From: a virus
Strand: one strand, 5' to 3'
Length of the DNA: 64,000 nt
Virus record (IMG/VR): IMGVR_UViG_3300037743_000223
Location: 1-64,000 of that record
Both the position numbers and the translations under genes were made by a program. The notes beneath the pieces are model-generated. The model saw only the letters and a list, made by a program, of their open reading frames with translations. It had not been told where the DNA came from and made no database searches. Of this stretch, positions 40,113-48,908 are shown piece by piece; position 1 is the stretch's first letter; every line of letters begins with the position of its first letter.

Positions 40113-41141
40113 GTGGTTCCGTTCTGGTATCTGGCTGCCGCTGTGCTGGCGGTGATGGGTGTGTCGCTGGCGGTGGGGTGGCTGGCCGGGCGTTGGCCGG
40201 GCCGCACCGACCGGATGCTGCTGTCCGACGTGGAGACCAGGCTGTGCCGGCTGGAGAGCCCCGACCGGGCGGCGGCAGTCCAGGGCCGGGTGCGGGTGGA
40301 CCGGGAGGCCGCGCAGGCGGCCGCGCAGGAGGCGACCCGGGCGCTGCCGGTGGTGGAGGTGGCCGGGTCGGACCTGCCGTCGCGCGGGGTGACCGACGTG
40401 ACCGCCGTGCTGACCGCGGAGGCTGCGGCGCAGGTGCGTCGGGACACCCGGGAGCTGCTGGCCACAGTCTGGGGTGGCACGGTGTCGACGCTGCCCGTGG
40501 TGGACCCGTCCGACACGGACGACGTGGAGCCGGCCCCGGAGGTCGACGAGCCGGACCCGCCGCAGCGGCCAGACCGCGGTGGAGGCGGCCCGCCGCCGGA
40601 CCCGCAGGGTGGGAGCCAGGACCCGCCGCCGGCCTCGCGTTACCCGTGGCCGGACAACCCACGCGGTCTGCCCGCCGGGTACGCGGTGCTGCCCCCGGCA
40701 TCGGTGCCGGCCGCTCAGATCGGCCGGCCGTGGTGGAGCCGGATTCGGGAGGAGGCGGCGGCCTGGTGGGAGTCGGCCCGGCCGGACACGTCAACCTGCT
40801 GGGCCGCCGGTGAGCTGGCCGGTGATGGTGAGGACCGGCGGTGCCCGTGCGCCGGCCAGCACTGCCCGGGTTGTGAGGAGCCGGCCCGGGTGATGGCGGT
40901 GCGGGGGGCTCACACGCCGCGGCACGACTGGGAGGAGGTGCCGCCGTCGCTGCGCCGCCTGGCCGAGCTGCTGCCGGTGACGCTGCGGTGCACGGTGATC
41001 GCCCGGGCGGTGTCCCCGCCCGGCTGGCGGCCCCGACCCACCAGCCGGGTCGCGTTAGAGCTGTGGGCCGCCCAGGTGGCGCGGCGCAACGGCCGCCGCC
41101 CGCTGCTGGGCACCTTCGGCCCGTCCAGGTGCCTGCCGTGA
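40113..41141 (+). CDS. membrane-anchored protein with Pro-rich linker and Cys-rich C-terminal domain
   Basis: GTG 40113 after GGGAGGAG; TM then coiled region. Confidence 0.5.
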   Translation: MVPFWYLAAAVLAVMGVSLAVGWLAGRWPGRTDRMLLSDVETRLCRLESPDRAAAVQGRVRVDREAAQAAAQEATRALPVVEVAGSDLPSRGVTDVTAVLTAEAAAQVRRDTRELLATVWGGTVSTLPVVDPSDTDDVEPAPEVDEPDPPQRPDRGGGGPPPDPQGGSQDPPPASRYPWPDNPRGLPAGYAVLPPASVPAAQIGRPWWSRIREEAAAWWESARPDTSTCWAAGELAGDGEDRRCPCAGQHCPGCEEPARVMAVRGAHTPRHDWEEVPPSLRRLAELLPVTLRCTVIARAVSPPGWRPRPTSRVALELWAAQVARRNGRRPLLGTFGPSRCLP

Positions 41142-41527
41142 GCCGCTGGGGGTGGCTGACCGGGTGGTCCGACCGGGCCGCCGGGCGTGCCGACCGGCTC
41201 GCCCGGGCGCGGCAGGCGGCGGTGGCCGCCGAGGTACGGGCTGACCGGCTGGCCGCGCAGCTGGTCGACGCCCGGGCCGCCGCCCGGGCGCAGCAGCGGG
41301 CCAAGGATGCGGCGCAGGCCCGGGCCGAGGCGGCGGAGGCCGCCGCCGAACTGGTAGGCCGGCAGGCCGGCGACGCGCGTGCCCGGCTGCGGCGGATCGC
41401 CGACGTGCTCGCCGACCAGCGGCTGACCGCCGCGCAGGCGTGCGACCGGGCACGGCAGGTGCTGATGGAAGACGCCGCCGGGCATCATCCGGTGCCCGAG
41501 CGGCGGGAGGTCGACGGTGGCAACTGA
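41138..41527 (+). CDS. Ala/Arg-rich coiled-coil protein
   Basis: GTGA overlap at 41138. Confidence 0.45.
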   Translation: MSRWGWLTGWSDRAAGRADRLARARQAAVAAEVRADRLAAQLVDARAAARAQQRAKDAAQARAEAAEAAAELVGRQAGDARARLRRIADVLADQRLTAAQACDRARQVLMEDAAGHHPVPERREVDGGN

Positions 41528-41759
41528 GGTGTGGGCTGCTGTGGCCGTGTCCGGGCTGGTTGCCGGTGTGATCCTGCTGGCGGTCGGGCTGGGGGCAATC
41601 TGGGTGCACCGACACCAGCCGGATGCGGGCGAGCCGCCGCTGATCATCACCGATCAGACGGTGGAGCTGCCGGTGGTGCGGTACCGGGGGCGGCGGCGGC
41701 GGCCCGGTGCCTGGGTCAGGCACGCCACCCCGCGGCGGGAGAGGAGCCGGCGTGGCTGA
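41517..41759 (+). CDS. small membrane protein
   Basis: GTG 41517; TM WAAVAVSGLVAGVILLAVGLGAIWV. Confidence 0.5.
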   Translation: MATEVWAAVAVSGLVAGVILLAVGLGAIWVHRHQPDAGEPPLIITDQTVELPVVRYRGRRRRPGAWVRHATPRRERSRRG

Positions 41760-42291
41760 GCTTGAGGCGATCTGGGTGGTGTCCGACGTGGCCCCGGACG
41801 GCACCTACGTGTGCACCGTCCAGGCCGGTGACGACCTGGCGGTGGTGCTTGACCGGCAGCGGGCGATCGCCTACACGGTGGCGCTGTACACCGCGGTCGG
41901 GTACGCGGAGTACGACGCGGCGGTGCTCAAGCAGCTCACCACCCTGGGCGTGGGTGAGCGGATGGCCGCCCGGTGTGTGGCGGACCTGCGCGCCGACCGG
42001 GCACCGGTGGACGACGCGGCCACCGCGCCGCTGCGGTTCGTGCCGCTGGTGACTGCCGCGAAACGGGAGCCGTCGCTGTTCGTCGAGGTCAACGGGCGGC
42101 GGATCTCGCAGTGGACCCCGGCCGACGGGCGGCAGCACGCCGGCCATGTGCTGGACATCGTGGCCGCGGTCGACCTGGACGCGGCCTACCGCCGGTTCCT
42201 GCGCGGGCCGGTGCGGCTGGATGACGACCGGGCGCGGGCAGTGGTCGAGTCGCTCGGCGAGCACCGGATCGGAGGTGGCTCCGGTGGGTGA
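41752..42291 (+). CDS. hypothetical protein (179 aa)
   Basis: GTG 41752 within junction motif CGTGGCTGAGC; ends with GGGSGG tail. Confidence 0.55.
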   Translation: MAELEAIWVVSDVAPDGTYVCTVQAGDDLAVVLDRQRAIAYTVALYTAVGYAEYDAAVLKQLTTLGVGERMAARCVADLRADRAPVDDAATAPLRFVPLVTAAKREPSLFVEVNGRRISQWTPADGRQHAGHVLDIVAAVDLDAAYRRFLRGPVRLDDDRARAVVESLGEHRIGGGSGG

Positions 42292-42799
42292 AGAGCTGGA
42301 CCGGGCGATCGCCGAGGTGAAGCGGCAACACGGCAGGGTCACGATGCGCGCTGATGAGCTGGCGCCGCTACTGCCCGAGCACCTTCAGCAGCCGTTCTGG
42401 GAGAGGGCGGTCGACCGGTTCATGCGTTGGGAGCTGGGCGACGATCCGTGCGTCTTCTGCGAGATCGTCGCCGAGCGGGAGCCGGCAGTGTTCGTCCGGC
42501 GTTGGACAGACGCGGTGGCGATCGTGCCGCTGGAGCCGGTCGTCGACGGGCATGTGCTGGTGCTGCCCCGGGTGCACGTCCCCGACGCGACCGACCACCC
42601 GGAGACGACGGCGCTGGTCATGCGCCGGGCGGCGTCCTTGGCGGTGCCGCCCTGCAACCTGATCACCTCGGCGGGGCGGGAGGCGACGCAAAGCGTCTTC
42701 CATCTTCACGTCCACATCGTCCCCCGGCGGGAGAACGACGGGCTCGCGCTGCCCTGGTACTCCGGCCGGAGCCGCAGGGGAGGTGGCTCCGATGGGTGA
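42284..42799 (+). CDS. HIT-family (histidine triad) nucleotide hydrolase/transferase
   Basis: GTG 42284 after GGAGGTGG; CVFCEI..., HVLVLPR, histidine triad HLHVHIVPR. Confidence 0.8.
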   Translation: MGEELDRAIAEVKRQHGRVTMRADELAPLLPEHLQQPFWERAVDRFMRWELGDDPCVFCEIVAEREPAVFVRRWTDAVAIVPLEPVVDGHVLVLPRVHVPDATDHPETTALVMRRAASLAVPPCNLITSAGREATQSVFHLHVHIVPRRENDGLALPWYSGRSRRGGGSDG

Positions 42800-43196
42800 G
42801 CGGTACACCCTGACCCAGGCTGACATCGCTGACTGCCGGACGATCCTGGCCCGGCTGGAGGAGCTGGACACGCAGACCGGCGGGTACCGAGTCGGCTCCG
42901 TCCAGGGGCACACGGGCTCGGCTACGGCGACAGTGCACTACGCCAGCAGGCCCGGGCCGCTGGTCACGTCGGATGCGATCTGCCACGCCCTGGAGTCGGT
43001 GGCGACGCTCGGCCAACTGTGTAAGAAGGTGATCGCGCACTTCGAGACCAACATGGTCCACGGCTGGGGTGAGTGCGCGGTCTGCGGCTGGGTCCACCCG
43101 CTCACCGGGGAAGGGACGGTACGCCCGCATCCCACCGAGGGCGGGGACTGCTCCGGCTCTGGTGAGATTCCGCGGCGCGAGGTGAACCATGGCTGA
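42792..43196 (+). CDS. hypothetical protein (134 aa)
   Basis: ATG 42792 in repeated junction GGAGGTGGCTCCGATGGGTGA. Confidence 0.5.
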   Translation: MGERYTLTQADIADCRTILARLEELDTQTGGYRVGSVQGHTGSATATVHYASRPGPLVTSDAICHALESVATLGQLCKKVIAHFETNMVHGWGECAVCGWVHPLTGEGTVRPHPTEGGDCSGSGEIPRREVNHG

Positions 43197-43701
43197 GCTG
43201 GTGGAGGAGCTGCCCATCGAGATCCAGCAGCCGAACGGCCTCGCCGAGCACGACATGCTCGGGCTGCTCGAAGCCCGCTACAGCGCGGTCAACCCGGGTA
43301 ACGGCCCCCGGTACGTGTGCGCCCGCCACGTCCGGTCACATGCCGGCTTCTCTGCCCGCCGCACCGCCGACTTCGTAGCCCTGGACACGTGGGAGAGCAA
43401 GCTCGCGCTACACGGCCACGAGGTGAAGGTGTCCCGCTCCGACTGGCTGGCCGAGCTGAAGCAGCCGGAGAAGGCGGCCGAGTTCATCCCGTGGATGCAC
43501 TACTGGTGGCTGGTTGTCAGCCACCCCAGCATCGTCCGTGACGGTGAGTTGCCGGACGGGTGGGGGCTGATGGTGCCACGCGGTGGCGGGCTTGTGGCCG
43601 TGCGCCCGGCCCGGTGCAATCACCAGGTCCGGCCGCTGCCGCTGACCCGGCTGGCGGCGTTCGCGCGGGCCATCGTCAGAGGCGGTGGTTCCGGTGGGTA
43701 G
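43189..43701 (+). CDS. PD-(D/E)XK nuclease-fold protein (MmcB-like)
   Basis: DFVALD...HGHEVKVSRSD motif arrangement; ends with GGGSGG tail. Confidence 0.55.
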   Translation: MAELVEELPIEIQQPNGLAEHDMLGLLEARYSAVNPGNGPRYVCARHVRSHAGFSARRTADFVALDTWESKLALHGHEVKVSRSDWLAELKQPEKAAEFIPWMHYWWLVVSHPSIVRDGELPDGWGLMVPRGGGLVAVRPARCNHQVRPLPLTRLAAFARAIVRGGGSGG

Positions 43702-44071
43702 CGCGCTGGGTCAGCGCATACCGGTAGGCACGGTCCGCCGCTGGTCGGACTGGCCGCTGGTGGTCAACCTGTACGCGCTGCGCGCCACCGACCCGCGTGA
43801 GCTGCGTGGGCATCCGGACCCGGTGGGGCCGGACAACGACCTGATGATCGCCTCGCTGCTGTCCGCCGACGAGCCGGTGGGTCCGGTGGTGTGCGCCTGG
43901 GGTGCCCACCCGGGCACCGCCGGGCGGGCCGGGCGGGTGCTGGGGCTGCTGCGCAACCGGCAGATCCGGCCGCTGTGCCTGGGCACCACCAAGGGTGGGC
44001 ACCCGCGGCACCCGCTGTACGTGCGCGGGGACACGGCTGCGGTCGAGTACCGGGGAGCATCGGATGCCTGA
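43694..44071 (+). CDS. DUF1643 domain protein
   Basis: PLVVNLYALRATDP..L....PVGPDND......VVCAWG...LCLG.TKGGHPRHPL pattern. Confidence 0.6.
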   Translation: MGSALGQRIPVGTVRRWSDWPLVVNLYALRATDPRELRGHPDPVGPDNDLMIASLLSADEPVGPVVCAWGAHPGTAGRAGRVLGLLRNRQIRPLCLGTTKGGHPRHPLYVRGDTAAVEYRGASDA

Positions 44072-44495
44072 CACCACCGCCACGTTCGCCGCCGTCGCTG
44101 TCACGCTGTACGCCGGGCACCAGCTAGCGGACCACGTGCTCGGGCAGACCGACCGGCAGGCCAGGGAGAAGACGCTGCCGGGCTGGTCCGGCTGGCGGGC
44201 GTGCCTTGAGCACGTCGCCCAGTACCACCTGGTGTTGACGGTGATGCTCGGCGCCGTCTGGATGGTGCTGGCCTTGCCGCTGTCGCCGTTGGGGGTGCTG
44301 GCAGGGTTGTGGGTTTCCGGGATCACCCACGCCCTCCTGGACCGGCGTTGGCCGGTGCGGTGGCTGCTGCAGCACACCGGCAGCCCCGAGTTCGCCTCCC
44401 CGGACCATCCGCTGCCGGGCATGTACCTGGCCGACCAGGCGACCCATATCGCTTGCCTGTGGGTGGCCGCGCTGATCATGGTTGCGGTGGCATGA
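44064..44495 (+). CDS. DUF3307-like membrane protein
   Basis: ATG 44064; LYAGHQLADHVLGQTDRQAREK and multiple TM helices. Confidence 0.55.
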   Translation: MPDTTATFAAVAVTLYAGHQLADHVLGQTDRQAREKTLPGWSGWRACLEHVAQYHLVLTVMLGAVWMVLALPLSPLGVLAGLWVSGITHALLDRRWPVRWLLQHTGSPEFASPDHPLPGMYLADQATHIACLWVAALIMVAVA

Positions 44496-44512
44496 TGGCC
44501 ACCCGGACCGTG

Positions 44513-45166
44513 CTACACCCGCATCCGTCCCAGTACCTCGCCGAGGCGGACGCTGAGGGTCAAGGGCGCACGCTCCTTGCGGCAAAGGTCCTCCGCAGCC
44601 ACCTCGTTCATGCGGGTCAGGTCAACGGGCTCGCCGAGGGCGGCCGAGTACTTGACGAATGCCTGCCAGGGGAGCGCCATCGCCGCTACTTCTCCATCCC
44701 GCACAACTGCAACCTCGGTGTCCAGTCGGCTGGTGCTGCGGCCCAGGATGCCTCGGCAAATCGTGTCGTTGAACTCAAGCTCTGGCCGGATCGGACAGGC
44801 CAGCGTATGCCGCCATGTTCCGGCCTTGAACTGGAGGCCGAGCGGATCGTATCCCTCAAGGTGGCTGGGCGGTCGCTGGACGACCATCAGGCCGATTCGG
44901 CTGTGCCCCCGTCGCGTGTTGTGTACTGGGCACTCGACCTCGATCGCCCGTGCTTCCTCGGTCAGAGCGCTAAGCCGGTCTGGGTACCAAGTCACATCTT
45001 TGCGGACGACCTTTGGCCACCACGCCTTGCTGTAGGAGTGCTGCCGGAGCCGCATATCGAAGTCCTCGGCCACCCCCACGTACAGCAGTCGTCTGGAGCT
45101 GTCGTACAGCCGGTAGACGGCAGTCATGACCGCCGGGTAGGTCTCGCTACGAATCGGGAACATCAC
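44513..45166 (-). CDS. GIY-YIG nuclease-domain protein with unknown C-terminal domain
   Basis: AVYRLYDSSRRLLYVGVAEDFDMRLRQH...ALTEEARAIEVECPVHN; visibly more A/T-ending codons than neighbours. Confidence 0.7.
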   Translation of the reverse strand: MMFPIRSETYPAVMTAVYRLYDSSRRLLYVGVAEDFDMRLRQHSYSKAWWPKVVRKDVTWYPDRLSALTEEARAIEVECPVHNTRRGHSRIGLMVVQRPPSHLEGYDPLGLQFKAGTWRHTLACPIRPELEFNDTICRGILGRSTSRLDTEVAVVRDGEVAAMALPWQAFVKYSAALGEPVDLTRMNEVAAEDLCRKERAPLTLSVRLGEVLGRMRV

Positions 45167-45411
45167 TCGACCGGGCGTCGCTTCATGCCCTGCTTGGCCG
45201 GCGGGATGTCGTTGTCCCGGGCTAGGCGGCGGACGTACGCGGCGGTGAACGGGGACCGCTCAGCAACGGTGGTCGGCTCGACACCTTCGCGAAGGGCGGA
45301 CAGCACGGCTGCCACCACCTTCTCCCGGGCCGCATCGTGCGTTGCCTCGGTCTCCCGATACAGCTCGGTCGCCTTGTCGAGTGCTCTCAACAGCCTCACC
45401 CGTTCGGTCAT
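45163..45411 (-). CDS. small helical protein upstream of GIY-YIG gene (82 aa)
   Basis: ATG 45411; overlaps GIY-YIG start by 4 nt; start uncertain (no SD). Confidence 0.5.
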   Translation of the reverse strand: MTERVRLLRALDKATELYRETEATHDAAREKVVAAVLSALREGVEPTTVAERSPFTAAYVRRLARDNDIPPAKQGMKRRPVE

Positions 45412-45434
45412 GTGCGGATGGTACCGCAAGTCGG

Positions 45435-45486
45435 TTGCGCTTCCCTGGTCTGAACCGATACTATGTTGCGTATTAGGAAAGCGCAA
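45435..45486. promoter_or_regulatory. overlapping divergent promoters within an imperfect palindrome
   Basis: Plus strand: TTGCGC (45435-40), 18 nt, TACTAT (45459-64). Minus strand: TTGCGC (45481-86), 17 nt, TAGTAT (45458-63). The two -10 boxes share the same base pairs. Confidence 0.55.
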
Positions 45487-45514
45487 CCAGCTAGCGACCG
45501 GGGGGGCGAGGCCA

Positions 45515-46027
45515 GTGACCAGCACCGAGACCGGCACCTGCCCGGTGATGTGGCCCGTACGCCAGGCCATCCACGCCGCCGGCTGGGTGCATGAGCCGTG
45601 CGGGCAGCCGACCGAACCCGGGCAGCGGTACTGCGCCGACTGCCAGGGGTGGCAGGCCCAGGAACATCGGGTGTCGACCGAGCTGACCGCCCGCCGGGAC
45701 CCGCAGCATGAACCCGAGCTGATCGGCGAGGCGATCTACCGGACCGCCCGCAAGCCGTGGGTCTGCGAGTGCCCGGGCAACGGCCGGCGGCCATGCCCGC
45801 ACGGCGACTGCACCGGAGCGATCGCGCCTGGGCGACGGTACGTGGCGTACCTGGCCGAGCCCGGGCCGTGCGGGTTCAGCGCCCGCTACTGCCTGGCCTG
45901 CGGGGTGCCTACGTGGCGGGCTGACGAGTGGCGGGCGCGCGAGCAGCGGGCACCGTACCGCTCGGTCGCCAGCACCGTCGACCCGTTCGCCCTGGTGGGC
46001 GAACCCGAGCCTGCCCTGCCGTTCTGA
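45515..46027 (+). CDS. Cys-rich zinc-finger-like protein (170 aa)
   Basis: GTG 45515 after GGGGGGCGAGG; upstream part of ORF 44309-46027 is antisense to the GIY-YIG cassette and rejected. Confidence 0.55.
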   Translation: MTSTETGTCPVMWPVRQAIHAAGWVHEPCGQPTEPGQRYCADCQGWQAQEHRVSTELTARRDPQHEPELIGEAIYRTARKPWVCECPGNGRRPCPHGDCTGAIAPGRRYVAYLAEPGPCGFSARYCLACGVPTWRADEWRAREQRAPYRSVASTVDPFALVGEPEPALPF

Positions 46028-46043
46028 GAGAGGACTTTTGATC

Positions 46044-46634
46044 ATGGGAACCCGAGGATTCATCGGCTTCGTCATCGACGGCCAGGAGAAGATCGCCTAC
46101 AACCACTGTGACTCGTACCCGTCCGGACTCGGGGCAGACGCCCTGAACTGGTTATGGAGGGCGGTCGGCGAGGGTACCGACCACCTGACCGAGCGGGTCC
46201 GGGCGCTTCGGGTTGTGGACCCGAACAGCAAGGCGACGCCCGCCGACATCGAGGACCTCTCCGAGTTCGCCCGGCCGGACGTTGCCACCCGCGAGCTGAG
46301 CGACTGGTACGTGCTGCTCCGCGAGACCCAGGGCGATCCGGCCGCGATGTTACGCGCCGGGGTGATTGAGGACGCGTCAGGCTTCCCGGCCGACTCGCTG
46401 ATGGCCGAGTACGGCTACGTGGTCGACCTCGACGCCGGTCGGTTCGAGGCGTACGTCGGCTTCCAGAGGGAGCCACATTCTGAGGGCCGGTTCGCCGCCC
46501 GTGATGTCGACAGCTACGCGGACGGTCTCCCGCAGTACTACCCGGTGCGACTGGTCGCATCGTGGCCGCTGTCCGAACTGCCCACCAACCAGGAGTTCGT
46601 GGCGGCGGTAGACGGCGACGGGGACGAGGGCTGA
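46044..46634 (+). CDS. hypothetical protein (196 aa)
   Basis: ATG 46044 after GAGAGAGGA. Confidence 0.6.
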   Translation: MGTRGFIGFVIDGQEKIAYNHCDSYPSGLGADALNWLWRAVGEGTDHLTERVRALRVVDPNSKATPADIEDLSEFARPDVATRELSDWYVLLRETQGDPAAMLRAGVIEDASGFPADSLMAEYGYVVDLDAGRFEAYVGFQREPHSEGRFAARDVDSYADGLPQYYPVRLVASWPLSELPTNQEFVAAVDGDGDEG

Positions 46635-46637
46635 CCG

Positions 46638-46961
46638 ATGACCACCAACCCGACCCCCACCGACCGGGACTGCCCGAACGACCGCTCGCTGACCATCGAG
46701 CTGCCCGACGGCACCGTGTCCACGCTGACCGTGGACACGATCACCGGCCGGCGGGCTGTGGTCCGGTCGACGATTGCAGGGCAGCCGGACAAGCTGGTGA
46801 CCTTCGAGCGTCGTCACCCTGGCCGGCCGTGGCCCGGCGAACCGACCGGGTTGGACACGTGGCGCTGGCCCGGCCTGTACGCCTCGCTCGCCGACTGGCG
46901 GGTCCGGCAGTGGCTGGACTCGCTCGCGCCGGCGCGGGAGGTGACCTCCGATGCTCGGTAG
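46638..46961 (+). CDS. hypothetical protein (107 aa)
   Basis: ORF track; 3 nt after previous stop. Confidence 0.55.
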   Translation: MTTNPTPTDRDCPNDRSLTIELPDGTVSTLTVDTITGRRAVVRSTIAGQPDKLVTFERRHPGRPWPGEPTGLDTWRWPGLYASLADWRVRQWLDSLAPAREVTSDAR

Positions 46962-47571
46962 CTACGAGGGCATGGTCGACCGGCATGCGGAGACTCACGC
47001 CCCGCCGCTGGGCTGCCGCACCCTATGTCAGCACCCCGGATGCGGCGTACCGATTGAGGAGATGCCGCCGACGTTCCCCGGTGGTGACCCGTTCTGGATG
47101 CACGTCGAGCCGGTGCCGGACGGATTCCCCAGGCATCCAGCTACCCCGGTTGAGCAGCCGGAGCCGGTGCGGATCACCTGCCCCGGGCTGGGCTGCGGCG
47201 AGACCGCCTGGCGGCTGCCCGACGGGGCGGTGTACTGCCCGCAGACCCGGCAGATCGTGCCGGAGCCGTCCGAGCTGGTGCCCGGCTCGCCCTACTGCTG
47301 GGACTGCAAGTACGAGCTGTCGTTCCAGCCCGACCACGCGCCGTGTGGTGCGGCCGGCTGCCAGTGCTGGTGCATGGCACCGGTGCGGCCGTGGCACATC
47401 GCCGCCATGGCCGAGCGGCTGTGTGATGCCGTCCGCGAGCGCTCCGATGCTGTCCGCCTCGGCATGGGCAGCCCGAAGTACCAGTTGGCGGTCCGGGCGC
47501 AAGGCCGTCGCCGGAGGGCGCTGGAACGGCTGGCTGAGGCGCTGGCCCGGCAGCCGGGAGGTGACCGGTGA
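46951..47571 (+). CDS. Cys-rich hypothetical protein (206 aa)
   Basis: ORF track; several CxxC-type pairs. Confidence 0.55.
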   Translation: MLGSYEGMVDRHAETHAPPLGCRTLCQHPGCGVPIEEMPPTFPGGDPFWMHVEPVPDGFPRHPATPVEQPEPVRITCPGLGCGETAWRLPDGAVYCPQTRQIVPEPSELVPGSPYCWDCKYELSFQPDHAPCGAAGCQCWCMAPVRPWHIAAMAERLCDAVRERSDAVRLGMGSPKYQLAVRAQGRRRRALERLAEALARQPGGDR

Positions 47572-47846
47572 CCGCAGGGGTGGAGCTGTCCGACCGGCAG
47601 CGGGAGGCGCTGGAGTGGCTGGCCACCGGCCGTCACGGACCGGCACCCCACCGGCAGACCGTGACCAGTCTGGAGCGGCTGGGGGCGGCGAAGCGGCTGG
47701 ACGGGTGGCCGGTGCTGACCGGAGCCGGGCGCAGCCTGGCCGAACGGGCAGGGCTCGCCGGCCTGTTGCCAACCCGGGAGCTGACCGACGAAGACCGGCA
47801 GGCATGCGCAGACGAGGCGGCGTGGAAACGGCGAGAGGACGTGTAG
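47568..47846 (+). CDS. hypothetical protein, possible winged-helix
   Basis: GTGA overlap at 47568. Confidence 0.5.
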   Translation: MTAGVELSDRQREALEWLATGRHGPAPHRQTVTSLERLGAAKRLDGWPVLTGAGRSLAERAGLAGLLPTRELTDEDRQACADEAAWKRREDV

Positions 47847-47849
47847 GTC

Positions 47850-48908
47850 ATGGCACTCAGGACGCGGAAACCGACCGGGATGGTACCGCCGCCGCTATGC
47901 CTGCTGGAAGGCGAGACCGGCTCGGGCCGGAGCTGGACTGCGGCCGAGCTGTCGGCGTCGCCGAAGGTGGGCCGGACCCTGTGGATCGAGCTGGGCAAGG
48001 AAACTTCGGCTGACCAGTACGGGGCGATCCCGGGGGTGAAGTACGAGATCGTAACTCCGGACAACGACAGCGAGACGTGGGACTGGCATTCGCTGTACGC
48101 GGCCGTGAAGGACGCCAAGGCCGACGCCGCCCGGGCGGCGGATGCGGGAGAACGGCCGACGGTGCTCACGATCGACCAAAGCGGCGCGATCTGGGACATG
48201 CTGTCGGAATGGGCCGACAACCGTGCCCGCAGCACGAAGACCAACCGGGCGAGGCTAGCGGAGAACCCGAACTACGAGTACACGATCGGGTCCAACTTCT
48301 GGAACGACGCCACCGGCCGGTGGGACAAGCTGATGACTCAGCTGCTCACGTTCCCGGGGATCGTGGTGCTGCTCTCGAATGGGCAGGAGATCACCCTGTT
48401 CGAGAACGGCCAGCCGACCCCGCGTAAGACGTGGAAGGTTGCCGGGCAGAAGGACTTCACCAAGGCGGTGCCCATCTGGGTGCGGCTGTCCCGCGACACC
48501 GACCCTCGGATAATCAAGCTTCGGGCGGTGCGCAACGGCATCCGACCCGGCGCGGACCGTGATGAGCGGGTACACGGGTTCAGCCTGGAGTGGCTGATTT
48601 TCGAGCGTTACGGGTGGGACCCGGCTGTCAGCGGCTCCCGGGAGATGGTTCCCATGGTCGCCGGTGACGAGGCGCCCGAGTCGTCGCGATGCGCCGCGTT
48701 CCTGATCGGTGTCGAGTCGGCCGAGGACCTGCCGGCGCTGGAGCGGATCTGGCCGTACGTGGTCAAGGCGGTGCGCGATGGGGAGATCAGCGAGGCCGAG
48801 GGGACTCGGATCAAGGATGCGCTCCGCGTCGCCAAGGAGCGGTTCTCCGCCGAGCACGATGCGGCCACGCCGGCGCAGCCTGCCGAGACGATTGGAGCGG
48901 CGGTATGA
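47850..48908 (+). CDS. AAA/RecA-like ATPase (phage recombination or replication accessory ATPase)
   Basis: Walker A LLEGETGSGRSW near N-terminus; Walker B-like TVLTIDQSG; typical actinophage early-region AAA ATPase. Confidence 0.65.
   Translation: MALRTRKPTGMVPPPLCLLEGETGSGRSWTAAELSASPKVGRTLWIELGKETSADQYGAIPGVKYEIVTPDNDSETWDWHSLYAAVKDAKADAARAADAGERPTVLTIDQSGAIWDMLSEWADNRARSTKTNRARLAENPNYEYTIGSNFWNDATGRWDKLMTQLLTFPGIVVLLSNGQEITLFENGQPTPRKTWKVAGQKDFTKAVPIWVRLSRDTDPRIIKLRAVRNGIRPGADRDERVHGFSLEWLIFERYGWDPAVSGSREMVPMVAGDEAPESSRCAAFLIGVESAEDLPALERIWPYVVKAVRDGEISEAEGTRIKDALRVAKERFSAEHDAATPAQPAETIGAAV

Noticed and set aside
44309-45514. N-terminal 400 codons of the 572-aa plus-strand ORF 44309-46027
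   Set aside because: This part runs antisense through the GIY-YIG cassette with non-protein-like sequence. Only the part from GTG 45515, which has an SD and Cys-rich motifs, is kept.
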